Notes: generated by a model not told the origin, from the sequence alone. Counted from the whole stretch's first letter, positions 10,149 through 22,299 are shown. The stretch is DNA of 59,251 nucleotides, filler included, from Sphacelaria rigidula (GCA_964200075.2; 8 parts of 8 records of this genome joined end to end with filler, not necessarily neighbours in it); one strand, 5' to 3'. Made by a program: numbers and translations.

Positions 10149-12988
10149 CACTGAGGATGCACGGGGCGGCCTGGGTAACGTCGCACATAGGGCCGGTTTC
10201 TCCGATGGTACCCGAGCAGCACTCCGCGGCGGAAAGACCACCGGCGGTCGAGCAGCCAGACCCACCGCACTGTCCGCATCCCAGCGAGCAGCAGGCGTTC
10301 TTGTCTTGAATACCGACGATGCCACCGTCGCACACGCCCGCTGTTGTTGTCGTGGTGAAAAACGGGCGCTGGGAATCGTTGGAAATGCTCACAGCGAGAC
10401 TCGAATTCCAAGCCTCTGAAAGGCGGGAGCTTCGCAGCAAAGAACTAGCAATACTATTTCTTCATCCCTACACCAACATGGATCAGTTCGGCCCACTATA
10501 ATACACTCAAGGTACGCTTTCTATTGCCCAAAATCCACAAACAGAGTCAACACACAACCATAACACGCCAAGAAATGTACTCACGGGGTGGTAGAGACGG
10601 TGTAGGAGCGGGAGGGGGTGTCTGACCTACACGTGACATCCGTCGGCGGGTGGAGAGATCAACAGCAGTGAGAGTAACGTGGGGAACAGAAGATATTATG
10701 AGACGGTTAACAGCCGAGACAAGTGTCTCGAGGATGATGGTGGTTGGGCAATGCTTGTGTGGACTCCCAGAAGGCGCTGGCAAACACCGGGTTGCGGTAC
10801 GGTACTGTTTCGTAATGTCGGGAGGAGATTCCGTACCTCGGGCTCCCATGACAAACCCATGAACGGAAAGAGACCCCAGGTCAGACGCTCAGCTTCCTTC
10901 TTCACACGGAGAACTGTAAGAGCGTTTTGTCATCGACGCTTACAGCGACTGGGTAGAGTTTCCTTGCCGCTGAGCATCGAAATTTCAGCGACGTATCCCA
11001 CTAGTTACCACCACCAGCTTTGAAATACGGAACACCATGCAATACATTGGTTGTTGATAACGCTCTCCGGCCGCAGACCATCATTTTCCGATTATGAGTA
11101 AACCCTCGCTTCCGAGAGCTCATTGAATTTGGCTGCGGTCAACCTCTAGGCGATACGAAGCACTGATTTCACGAAGAGAAACTAGTTATACGAAACCAAT
11201 GGGGTACGCTTTCAGCCACTTCATGCAAGGAGGAGCCATCGAGAAGGGTCAGCGCAAGCAACAAAACCCACATGGATGCACGTGGCATGAAACTATCACA
11301 AGTATCCGCACCGCTTAACGCTGTTTTCACCTACAACACGAGATCTTGACGACAGCGTGGCTTTGTGAACACACTGACGGATGTCTTAGCTTAGTGCTAT
11401 CAAACAACCTTTCATCTACCGTCGGATACTCCTACAACACATCACTATTCACAGAGCCTCGTGGGCAACTCACTGGGATCGACGATACACGGAGCGGCCC
11501 CGGTAACATCGCACAGTCTACCAGTTTCCTGAATGGTGCCCTCGCAACAGTCGGCAGCAGAAAGACCATTGGCGGTCGAGCAGCCGGAGCCACCGCATTG
11601 TCCACAGGCGAGGACGCAGCAACTGTTCTTGGACTGAATACCCGGGAGTCCGTTGATGCATGTGAGCGCTGTGTTGAAAGATACACAAGTCAGGGAGCGA
11701 GAGAATAGTTCGTGAGCGCGGCCGCCTCACCGCTCACCGCTTCAGCGGGGGAAGCCCGGGGAGAAGTTGAAGGGCAGAACCATCTTTACACGACCCTCTA
11801 CAATGTCCCGCAGCACAACCCGTACAGCACACTAACGAATACCGATACTCACTTGGGGTTACAGGCTCAGTCGTAGGAGTCTCTGGTGTGGGCTCAGGGG
11901 TAGACTCAGGGGTAGGCTCAGGTGTGGAGATGTCCACAGGCGACGGGGTGAAAACTGTGCACTCAAAAAATACAATGGCGAGTAGAAGTAGCAAGGGGGG
12001 ACGGTCGGTTGGGAGGGGTCAACGAGATGGGAAAATGTTCTTCGTTTGGTTGATTGGTCGATGGATTAATTGCTTGGATGAGTGGTTGGTTGGTCGGTCG
12101 GTTGAATGCTGCGTTGATTCATTGTCGTACACTAAGAGATCCCCTAGGAACCCCGACACAGTCACAGATAGAAAAACATACCCAAGGTAGGTGAGAGCGG
12201 GAAACACTCGCAAGGGGACTGTCGAGAAAAGGGGTCGGCAGAAGCGCTGAGTAGGTTCCCCTCTGCTGAGACAATGCTTCAAGCGGTGCTGGTGCATCTG
12301 AAAAAGAATAAATCCGCAGTTTCTCGAGCTCTGATGACCGCGTGTGTCGCAACATATTCTTGAAGAAAGAAAATTGTGTTGGTATTTGATCTGCAGCACT
12401 CATGTAACACAAGGGGAGATCACAGTTCCGACGATGGCCATGATGGCTGGTTCGTTCCCGAGCTACCACGCTCATCAAGCTACTTGCCTTGCGCTTGAAA
12501 CACCTACCCATCCACGCTGCGAAAGAGTAATAATGCTACGTACGGTAGGGGTGCACGTTTTGCTCAAATTCTTGTCTGGTTCAGGGGCTCCTGACGATTC
12601 TAGATGCATGAGAGTGTGGGCCAGGGCATCCCCATTTGCAAATTCATTGGAGATACCCCGAGCATATTGGAATAGTAATCGTGTCGCACTCTCACATATT
12701 CTATAGGTCATGTTTTGGGTCAGATGAAGGGCTTTTAACAATTACAGCCTGAGACAAATTTTGTGCACCCCTGCCGTAGCATCCCTCGAAAATGCGTACA
12801 ATCTGTAATATAGGGTGCAGACCTACAGGGTGATTCACCTGTCCCGCATTCCTCCGAGCAGGCCTGAGCAGCCGTCAGGGCGTCGCAGGCCGCTTCAAAT
12901 TCGGTGCACATGATGTTGATCGACGTAACGACGTCATGTCCCGAGAGGACATCGCCATAGTCAACCAAATCACACACGGAGTCCACAC
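10149..12988 (-). CDS. Internal exons of a Cys-rich modular protein, probably extracellular, with Pro/Thr linkers
   Basis: AG/GT-bounded phase-1 exons, each a multiple of 3 nt: 12988-12839 (VDSVCDLVDYG...CSEECGT), 11954-11853 (FTPSPVDISTPEPTPESTPEPTPETPTTEPVTP), 11668-11474 (LTCINGLPGIQSKNSCCVLACGQCGGSGCSTANGLSAADCCEGTIQETGRLCDVTGAAPCIVDP), 10626-10585 (QTPPPAPTPSLPP), 10340-10149 (GVCDGGIVGIQDKNACCSLGCGQCGGSGCSTAGGLSAAECCSGTIGETGPMCDVTQAAPCILS). Start and stop exons were not found. Confidence 0.85.
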
Positions 12989-13158
12989 CTGCAATGTTTT
13001 CGACGAAACGAGAGTAGGGATGTAACGGCGCGCATCAAAGCTGATGTTCCGTGCGTGGTGGACATTTCATATTCTTCATGTGCGCTAGCGTTTGATGTTG
13101 ATGAAGTTTCTCGAGGCGAACTTCCACTGTAATGTGTGCGAAGGCCGCGTACTTGGGA

Positions 13159-13381
13159 TGTAATGCGTGAGAGGACCGCGTGCTTAGAGGACCGCATCGG
13201 AATTTGAGCATCCCTATGGTTAGGGTTAGGGTGAGGGCTAGTGTTGGGGTTAGTGTCGGGGTTAGGGTCAGGGGCGGGGTCCCTGCAGGGACTGGCCCGA
13301 TTGGTTTTGAAAAACGTCGATCCTCAGGTGTTTTGAACTACGATGCGGTCCCCTAAGCACGCGGTCCTCCCATGCATTACA
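13159..13381 (+). mobile_element. MITE family A with long TIRs and internal TTAGGG-like tract
   Basis: TGTAATGCGTGAGAGGACCGCGTGCTTAGAGGACCGCATCG ... CGATGCGGTCCCCTAAGCACGCGGTCCTCCCATGCATTACA; internal GGTTAGGGTTAGGGTGAGGGCTAG...GGGTTAGGG. Confidence 0.9.
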
Positions 13382-13986
13382 CCACAATATTTTCCGCCGG
13401 TGGGTTACACTTGACATGGACAATGTCGGGGTATTTGGATCAAATGGGAACCATGCAAATAAATGCCATAGAGGCAACAGCTGCGGGAACCTAGCAACTG
13501 TTCCTGTGGTCTCAGACGGTACCTACTGAGTGGTGTTACTTGGTAGCCATGATAAATCGGTCAATCGATTGATCGATCCATTGACTGATTGATGAATTGG
13601 TGGGCGTCAGGTGGTCCCCGAGGGACTCAGCCGCGGTCACAAGATAGATGTACACCACGAAAACATTGCAGACACATTTGCTGAAAAAAGCTACCCTATC
13701 CCCAAACCCAGATGTTTGCCATCGAGAGGCTCTTCAAGTACAGAGTCTTCAAAAAAGCCTATGCACCCCTACCTACCATAAAATAACTCTTAAGTGGAGC
13801 GCATGCGCTCTCCAAACCTTTGCTTATGCGTTACTGTCTACTTTAGTGTGGGAAAGTTGCGAAGCTCCAACCCTGCTCTGGCATTCATAACCGTTCACAA
13901 TGGAAATCGCGTGGAACGGCTATGTTTGTGAGTTTCTCCACAGTCGTGTTGCGGATACTGTCACGATCGGAATGCACTGGTGGTGC

Positions 13987-14169
13987 TGTAATGCGTGGGA
14001 GAGGACCGCGTGCTTTATGGACCGCATCGGAGTTCAAACACCCCTAGGTTAGCGTGAGGGTCAGGGGCACGGTCCCCGCAGGGACTGGCCCCAGCGGTCT
14101 TGAAAAACGTCTAGGGTGTTCTGAGCTCTGATGCGGTCTAGAGAGCACGCGGTCCTCCCACGCATTACA
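13987..14169 (+). mobile_element. MITE family A, shorter copy
   Basis: Same TGTAATGCG...CGCATTACA termini. Inverted arms extend to about CCCTAG/CTAGGG, with a shortened telomere-like interior. Confidence 0.9.
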
Positions 14170-14227
14170 AGTGTAATCGAAGGCATTCACCTCTCGCACT
14201 TGGAACACCAGGCGTCCACGTGATGAC

Positions 14228-14700
14228 TTTCATTTATTCATTGATTGTCGCACTTTAACTGACCCTCCAGGAATCCAGCCGTGATCACATGAGAGCCGTA
14301 CCCACAAGACAAAACCAAACTGAAACAATCGCTGCCGAAAAAGAAGAAACTGAAAAAGTGGAACAGAAGAGTATGGTAGACTAAGACGTGGAAAAAGAAA
14401 AACATGAATGAAAAAATGATAAAGAAAAGAGAGGCAAAGAAAGACATGACCGGCCTCTGCCACATGGCTTCGGCGTACAAGGTCTTGCGCAGAACCTTTT
14501 TTGCGTACAAGGTCTTGCGCAGAACCACATTCAAACGCAGTCGTAGAAACAAAAGGCAAAAGAAAGAAGAAGTGAGATACCACACTGCTTGCTGTGTGCA
14601 TTGCTCCAACTAACAGCCGATTTTTGAGAATGGGGTTGAAAAAAAATGAGGTTCAACTCAAAAGTCGTGCTTTCCCTGAACTCAATTATGACAAATGACT
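14228..14700 (-). repeat. Dispersed repeat resembling a retroelement 3' end with (TCAA)n-like tail; related copies at 50900-51160 and about 13560-13645
   Basis: Shared TCATTGATTG...ATCCAGCC.TG.TCA, A-rich tract and AATGGG...AAAAATGAGGTTCAA blocks. LINE origin is inferred. Confidence 0.6.
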
Positions 14701-14840
14701 TTCATATGGACCACTCCATCCCTCCCGACCTCCCTAAAACNNNNNNNNNNNNNNNNNNNNNNNNNNNNNNNNNNNNNNNNNNNNTTAATTAATTAANNNN
14801 NNNNNNNNNNNNNNNNNNNNNNNNNNNNNNNNNNNNNNNN

Positions 14841-14910
14841 AAGGGATGCGTGGTCAATGGTCAAACGACTAAGGAAAGCAACAAATGAGTACGCCCCGCC
14901 CCCCGCCCCC
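14841..14910 (-). repeat. High-copy short repeat (poly-G + CTCATTTGTTGCTTGCCTTAGTCGTTTGACCATTGACCACGCATCCCTTTCGAGACGGA); other copies at 22083-22159, 29505-29578, 29679-29755 (-), 32944-33012 and 33943-34032
   Basis: Six visible copies across three unrelated contigs, four of them at contig ends. Confidence 0.92.
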
Positions 14911-15554
14911 CAAAAAAGTTCAAAAAAGGGGCATAGGGTCTCAGATTGTTTTTTTGGGCACTCTCGGATGACATTCAAATCCCATTCAAAGCGATGAGCG
15001 ATTCGAAAACCACGCATCCGTAATATGCAGCAGCAGGCTCTCCGTGAGAAGAGGAGGATGCAAACAATCCAAGGCTGGCAGCACGCGAAGATAAGAGCGC
15101 AAAATGATTGACGTCCGGATCCACAAGCACGCATGCAGTTGAATTGCAAGCCATGGTGTACTTTGTATTTTGTGGTCGCGGATTACCGCTTGTGTGCTCG
15201 TTTTTATTCCAGATGTATGTCGTGCTATGAAACGACAAACCTGCCATGTATTCGCAATATCACTTCGAGGTGTAGTGACCACGAGTACTGTACTGTGGTG
15301 CCTGTACCAGTACTATTGTCAGGTGCAGACTCCAATCCTATTGCCATTTTGTTCGTAATCATACAAGCATTTTTGTTATAAGCGTACCATACCAAAAATG
15401 GTATAAACATAGTCGGCAACAGCAAACTTCAAATAAACTGGATAAACTAAAAGTTCTCATCACCAGTTCCAGTTAAACCCCAGTTCCAGTTTAACTGCCA
15501 GTACAAACTAGTCCACTTCACAGCCCTACTACTTCATGATCATGTCACGAGCAA

Positions 15555-16400
15555 TATATGTTGTTGCTTCAATGTCTCCAAGGACATCTCAACACAATAT
15601 ATATATATTGAAAGGACAATATTTGCGCTGGCTCAAATACAAAGTATTGGCACCATATTGAAACATGTTGTATTGTCCAGGGTATAAGCAACGCAGCCCC
15701 GGTGACCACCGGGGTACCAAAAGGCGCATATCGATCCGCGTTTTCTGTCATCGTGATGTTTAGCCGAGACATATTAGTTACATGCTGAGAAGGGGATGGG
15801 CGGCCCCGCACCGGTGGTCAGATAGGTATCAGGAGGGATACATACTGGGTCGCCTCTTCTGTCTTCATATTTTCTGACCAGTATATATATATATATATGT
15901 ATGTGTGTGTCAAACGCATCTGACATCTCTCCGTAGTAACGCACGCAAACTTCTGCAGCTCCCTTTGAAGCTTTTCCCAATTTGCGTGGGCTCCGGCATC
16001 CATCGCGTCTGGATCTTTCTTCAAGCGTGCACCATACTTATAATATCCAATATATATATATTGACCGGTCAATACATTGGCACCCACGTAGACCCAATAT
16101 ATATGTTGACTGGTCAATATGTTATCACCAATGCGACCCTAAAATATATTGGTCGTGCGATATGCTGTCGCCCACGATGCCCCCATTCATATTGATGGGA
16201 CAATATGTGTTCAACCCCACATTACCAATATATATTGGGCGAGCAATATGTATGCAGTCTCATGACATCAATATATAAATTGGGCGCGCACTACGTGTGC
16301 AGTCCAAGGGTACCAATATATATTACGCCGGCAACGTATTGAAAAATTCCAATATGATCGACTAGTATATATTGAAAACATATCGTATTGTCCAGGGTGT
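15555..16400. repeat. AT-rich repeat with recurrent CCAATAT/ATATTG motifs
   Basis: ATATTGAAA.CAT..(C/T)GTATTGTCCAGGGT occurs at about 15655 and 16370, with many CAATAT motifs in 16045-16350. Confidence 0.6.
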
Positions 16401-16479
16401 GGAATGATCGTAGATGTACCAGTTAGTGTGCTACTCGATGCACTACTGGTTACTTTTTGAAGGTCCTCGATAGGCACTA

Positions 16480-19400
16480 GGGGAGCTCTAGTGTTGGCAC
16501 AGGAAACAGTTCATTCGCGTGGCGTGCTTTCGTCCAGGCTGCCATATACATGTTAGCCCCCTCTTCTACAACTTGGGAACATTCGGATACATCTTGGGCA
16601 ATCTGCGCCCACGATGTTGAATCTATTCCGAAGTACGAACAGTAGTCCGTGATACAGTATTGTAGGCACCTTGCTGTTAGGCCTGCCCTCGTCTTCCTCC
16701 CAATCATGACTCCACGCATGACGATATTGGGGAGGCGTTCATCGTGCATGCGCTCAACGCGGCCGGCGTGTAGGAGGGTTGGGTTCATCACTGTGGCCTC
16801 AATGCGCTCGCAGCTAGTTCGTTCGAGGACCTCGTGGTTTGGCAGCATGTGGTAGTCAGGGACGCTGCGGCTTAAGGTATGCTTGTTGAGGCATCACAGC
16901 ATGAACCCTCGACGGGCCTCCCATAACGCGCTGAAATTGTCGTGTGCGATCTTCCAGGTCACGCAGCCGTACAGCATTACCTCGATCACTTCAGCCTTCA
17001 GGAGACGAACCTTGGTGGCGAGGGTGATGTACGGGTTGTCGTATACCGCTGTGCTGTACTTGGAGATGCACATCCAGGCCTGGCCAATACGGCTGTGGAT
17101 CTCAGGAGTGACATCACCGATACTGCTGATTTTTCCGCCAAGGTAGAGTAACGACTCGACTTGCTTGTATCCTTGACCCGCTGCCTCCACCTCGATCGTA
17201 TCCGCCTCCATCTTCGGGGAGCGCTTGTGCATGATGACCATCTTCTGACTGCTGCCGAGATAGCACCCCCCCGAACCGGCCAAAAACGTGCACGGAGGCG
17301 ATGATCATAAATGCCGTTAAAGCTGGTTTCATGCTGCAATGCGCGACTCATTCGGGCGTTATAGCTGATTTTGGACTGCTACACGCCTCTCATGTGGGCG
17401 GAATTGCAGCAAACTAGCGCAATAGTCGGATTGCAGCCGATTTGTCAGACTGTCTCCGGTGCATTTTTTGTGTAGGGGCTATCTCGGCATTAGTCTTCTT
17501 TTCCGCGACGACGAGACCGAATGTTGCACATACTTCGACGACGGCCATCATCATCTTTGCCAGGCTTACCCGGGACCGCGAAGCGATGCCAGCGTCGTCG
17601 GCGTATAGCACAGCTCAGAGCACGTTTCTGAGTTCGTCCCTGGTTTTCCCGCCGCTTCCAGCGATGCGGATGAAGTCTTGCACCACCGCTTTATTGATCG
17701 AGAAGCGGTCGAACGTTACCGTCAGCACCGCCGGGAAAAAGATGTTCAACAGATCGGGGGAAAGCACAGACCCTTGATGGAGGCCCTGGTGATAGTTAGA
17801 CCACTCAGACGTCTCGCCGCTGTCCAGGCGTACGCATGCCCGCATGCCGTCGTGGAGTCGGGGGATGATGAAAATTACCGCGGCAGAGATACCGTTACGT
17901 GCTAGAACTTGCCAGAGAAGAGAGCGGTCCACTGAGTCGTATGTCTTTTGGAGGTCGATGAAGCACACGTACGGAGGAATATTCTTCTCTCTGACCAGTT
18001 CTTGGAGCCTGCGCACAACGAACATCATGTCGACTGTGGACCGGCCAGGTCGGAAACCGCATTGTGCTTCTGGGAGGGTTCCCTTCCACTCGCAACAAGC
18101 GCTGAGGCGAGTCGCGACTATCTTGAGTACCACCTTGCCCGCGTTGGACCCGAGAGAAATACCGCGGTAGTTGCCGCATTCGTGCGGGTCCTGTTTCTTG
18201 AAAGCGCCTAAATGATGGTGTATTTCCACTCCTACGGCACTACTTCCTGACGCCGCACGGTGAGCACGACGTTGTAAAGGCACTTCAGGACGGCAGAGTC
18301 TTCGGTGCGGCCGAGCTTCAATAGTTCGCCACAGATGTTGTCGGTCCCAACGGCCTTGCCGTTCGCTAGCTTGCCCACCCCTTCCTTCACTTCTGCCATC
18401 GAGGGCTCCGCCGCGAGCGGTGCATGCTCCGGCACCTGTTCGATGGTATCGATGACAGAGTAGTCGATCGTGGGCGAGGTTGCGTTCAGCAGTGTTTCAA
18501 ACCATTCCTTCCATCGTTATAGGATAGCTTGTTTGTCCGGCAACAGCTCGCTAATCGCGCTCCTGATGTACGTTGAGTCGCTCTGCTTTTTTCCTTCCAT
18601 TTCCAAGGACTTGATATGCCGGTACAGTCCTGCTTGATCCTTCTTGCGAAAAAACTCCACGGTCAGGACTGTGAACTCGTGAACAAAGTTCCGCAGCTCA
18701 GCATCCTTCACCCGCTTGAACGCTTCGTCTGTTTCCTCCAGCGTCTTCACGACAGCGTCTTTGGGGTTTGCTAGCAGATTCTTCCATACACTTTCCCTGA
18801 GATCCCACGCCGTTTGGAGGCGATCCTGAGCTTGAGTTGACTCACAGAAACCTCTAGATGGAGTTTCTTGGGGTATCGAGGGATTGTATCCGCGGCCGTC
18901 TATCGCAGGGCGTCGGCGAAGGTATATGCTATGTCGTTGACGTCCACTACTGCGAGGGAATTGGTGATATGTAGGAGCTTGGTGACAATGGTCTGTGAAA
19001 CAGTCGCTCTCCAGCGTCGGTCGGATGCGAGGGCGTTGCTGTCGAAACGCACTCCCCTATCCCGCCTCTCGGTTCCGGTTGGCGGTTGGGAGCGTTGCGT
19101 CCGAGGAGACGGATGGTGGCTGAGACCAGACGATGGTCCGACTTCATCTGCGGGTGCACAGTGACAGTTTGGACGAGTTTGCGTCTTGCTGACGTGCTAG
19201 GATGTAGTCCAGGCGCCAGCGATGTTTGACCTTCGGCCCCGCATATGTGTACGCGGTCGAACGTTCCCCGCGCATTGGTGTGCGAAACAATGTATCGGTG
19301 ATGGCCATTTGTGTTCCGCAGCGCATTTTGGTAGGCGTCTACCGTTGTCATTCCGAGTGTCTGCCATATTCTCCCAATACCCGAACGTCACTCGAGCCTC

Positions 19401-20720
19401 CTCCTCCTCTCTTTCCGGTACGAGCATTGGCATCCATCGTGAGTACCAGGTGCTCGTTGGTGGGCACTTCAGCGATGGAACTACTGATGATTTTTGAGAA
19501 CTTGGACTTTTCATAACCCTGTGCTGTCTCAGTGGGTGCATACTCCATCATGAAGGTTGTTGCAACCCTATGCCTGGAAGCAACTCGTACCCTGAGGATC
19601 CTAGCACTCACGTGTTCGGGGGCGATGGCTTCTGGGCCCAGCTTTTTGGCGATAGACTCCTTAATGGTGATGCCGACTCCACGCATACCCGATTTGCCCC
19701 CGTCTCCATGGCAATGGCCGCTGCAGTGAACAATGTATCCTGCTGCCGGTGCGTGGAAGGTTGTTCGTGCATCGCGCCAGGTTTCTTGAAGAGCGACGGA
19801 ATCACAGTTGCATTTGGATGCAAAACGTAACACGTCTTCGGCGTGGCCTGCGCCGTTGGAACTTCGTTTGGCCATGATGCGTACGTTCCAAGTGGCCACA
19901 ACCAGCTCTTTGGATCGAGACTCCGCCCTTGCGGTGATGCGACGGGCCCGAGCCTGAGCCTTGCCTGCTCGCCGAGCTGATCGTTTCCTCCTGCTCTTCT
20001 TTTGTTTCGCTATGTCCCTTCCTTGTTGGTGTTGTATCCAGCGTTTGTAGGCTGTTCTCTATCCCCACGCACTCGTCTGCCTACGCTGGTTCAGACCTCT
20101 TTGTTCCTGCGCGGGGTTCAACGGGTCCCGCGCACGTCCACCTCCACCAAGTCGACCTTGGTTCTTACACGCACGCCGCTGTCTGCTCTCAGAGCTACAG
20201 CAGCGATTCTTTCGGCGGTGGCGATGGATAACCGGATTAGCGGCCCCCGCCGGCAGGGGAAGGGCGTGTTCCGATGTCATCGCCATGCAGCAGCAAATGT
20301 ACGGGTGTTAACCACCGTATGGTGCAGTCAGTAATGCCAGCGCGATGGGCATTCAATCCCACAGCACTGTGTTGCGGAGCACTTAGATAGTAGTAGGAGT
20401 TACTATCCGCACAAGGCGAGTGTTGTACTCTTCCAGGGCTCGTCGCCTTAGCTGGCCTAAATCTGGTCTCGTTGGTTCGCGTCTACGACCAAGGGAGAGT
20501 ATCAACTGTATCACGGCTGTTGAACACCGTACAGCTTGCGCGTGCGGGTCACTGTGACAGTGCTAGTCACCAAGCTCCCGCACGGACGTGGTATGAAGAA
20601 GTTTGACAGCAGATGTCACTGATTCTCCGTATTTGCCAAAATGCTGCGTCTTTCCTTGGGCCGCTGCTGTCAGCTGGCCCAGACCGGCCTCTGCGCTCGA
20701 GACCGAGGCCGGTGGAAGAT
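16480..20720 (-). mobile_element. Second RTE-clade LINE, degenerate, with structured 5' leader
   Basis: APE motifs ATWNVR (19899), LQETW, YAPT, DANART and SDHRL; RT motifs NYRGISL, QCGFRPGRST, FIDLQK and YADD (17594-17605); C-terminus LYGCVTW, RMHDERLP. Multiple stops and frameshifts. Confidence 0.93.
17247..17495. mobile_element. 249-bp MITE inserted in the LINE RT gene, 18-bp TIRs and 4-bp TSD (TTCT)
   Basis: Ends are GACTGCTGCCGAGATAGC / GCTATCTCGGCATTAGTC, with TTCT at 17243-17246 and 17496-17499. Removal restores the reading frame AEKK-MVIMH. Confidence 0.9.
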
Positions 20721-21209
20721 ATATGATTGCTCAACCATAGAATACTTATTGAAACGCCCTAAACAAGTGAAAAAATGAATAACACCATCCAGCCCCATTT
20801 ATTTCGTTCACCATGCCCTAGTGAGATCCGACACAAATTTCAATACACAAACACCAAACGTGGTCCGTTACGTAGCCTGCAAAAAACTGTTCCATATTTC
20901 TACTGACCCGACTACTAAACGGCCCATTCTCCCATTGATTTTCAGAGTGACTCCTGACATTTGGTATGACACAATTGAATACATATATACATATCGACCC
21001 AAATATTCTTTTCTTCCATGAGTTAGAGGCCATAATCACTTTTCGGGCCTCAAAAAAATGTCGTTAAATCATGAAAGAAAAAGTCCTTGGATCGTTTTTA
21101 ATTTATTATACCCTATTCCTGGTCCGTACCAAATGCCAGGGGCCAACTCTAAACATTGATGGAGGAATGGACCTGCAAACTACAAAGCCATTCCTAGGCT
21201 GGCCAAGCT

Positions 21210-21930
21210 CGTATATCCGGGCTCGCGTCTGGTAGTGCAAATAAAAAATATCGTCATCTTTGTTATTTCATGTCCATGTCGGGGTTGCGTTCTGGTAGTG
21301 AAAAGAAAAATATGGCTGGGTTTGACATTTCGTGTCTATATTGGGGCTGTGTTCTGGTATTGCAAAGAGAAAACGCGATTGCTTCGTTGTTTCATGTCGA
21401 TATCTGATTTATGTTCCGGTAGCAACAGGTGGACATTTTGCTTTCGCCGCAAGGCTGCACATCGTAGAGGGTGTGTAGAGCATCGCCGTCGGGGGTTCTT
21501 GACTTTTAGAGGGTTGCCAGAGGATCTCTACCTGCCGAAGGTTTCCGAGGGTGTAGCCAAGTGTCCACCTGTAGTGCAAAGACAAATTTTCATTTTTATT
21601 TCAATTCCATGTCTATTTCGGGACTGTGTTCTGCTATTGCAACGAAAAAAAGGGAAGAAGAGAAGAAGGGCGAAAAAGGAAGGAAATGAAAAGAGAGGGA
21701 AAACAGACTCCGAGTGAAATAAAAGGAAAAGGGGAAAAATATAAATAAAAGCTCAGCTTCGTTATCTCGTGTCTGTGCTGGGATGTGTTATGGTACTGCA
21801 AAAAAAGATTGGGTAGCTGCATTATCTCACGTCCATATCCGGTTTGCGCTAAACTATGGAGAAACAGAATTGCTTATTTGGGTATTTTCAGGTCTCATGT
21901 ATATGCCGATCTGGGGAATTATTATCCCTG
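21210..21930 (+). repeat. Degenerate tandem repeat (GTCCAT.TC.GG...TGTTCTGGTAGTGCAAA units, about 60 bp)
   Basis: CTGGTAGTGCAAA-like motifs recur at about 21229, 21292, 21354, 21569, 21631 and 21790. Confidence 0.65.
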
Positions 21931-22259
21931 GTGTCGCTCTCCGGTACTTGTACGGTGACACTCTGTGCACTGTATATCTAGATACGGGTGGATTTTTTAA
22001 CTGCGCCGTTGCCACTCGACGCCAACCCTCGAACCCTTTTTTTGTGAGGGGTAGGGTATCACAACGATACCGCTTTTTTCTCGGGGGGGGGGGGGGCGTA
22101 CTCATTTGTTGCTTGCCTTAGTCGTTTGCCCATTGACCACGCATCCCTTTCGAGACGGANNNNNNNNNNNNNNNNNNNNNNNNNNNNNNNNNNNNNNNNN
22201 NNNTTAATTAATTAANNNNNNNNNNNNNNNNNNNNNNNNNNNNNNNNNNNNNNNNNNNN

Positions 22260-22299
22260 CCGAAAGGTGTAGACTGGCGCCCAGAATAAATGGGACGAC

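Noticed and set aside
10842-10913. AG/GT-bounded candidate exon (LRVKKEAERLTWGLFPFMGLSWEPE)
   Set aside because: It would end in phase 0, incompatible with the neighbouring phase-1 exons.
12182-12298. Extra exon of the Cys-rich gene with an in-frame TGA (possible selenocysteine)
   Set aside because: No frame is both open and phase 1-1. The Cys-containing frame needs a phase-2 start and a TGA readthrough, with no SECIS evidence.
13218-13270. True telomere or chromosome end
   Set aside because: The tract is short, degenerate and enclosed by MITE TIRs in mid-contig.
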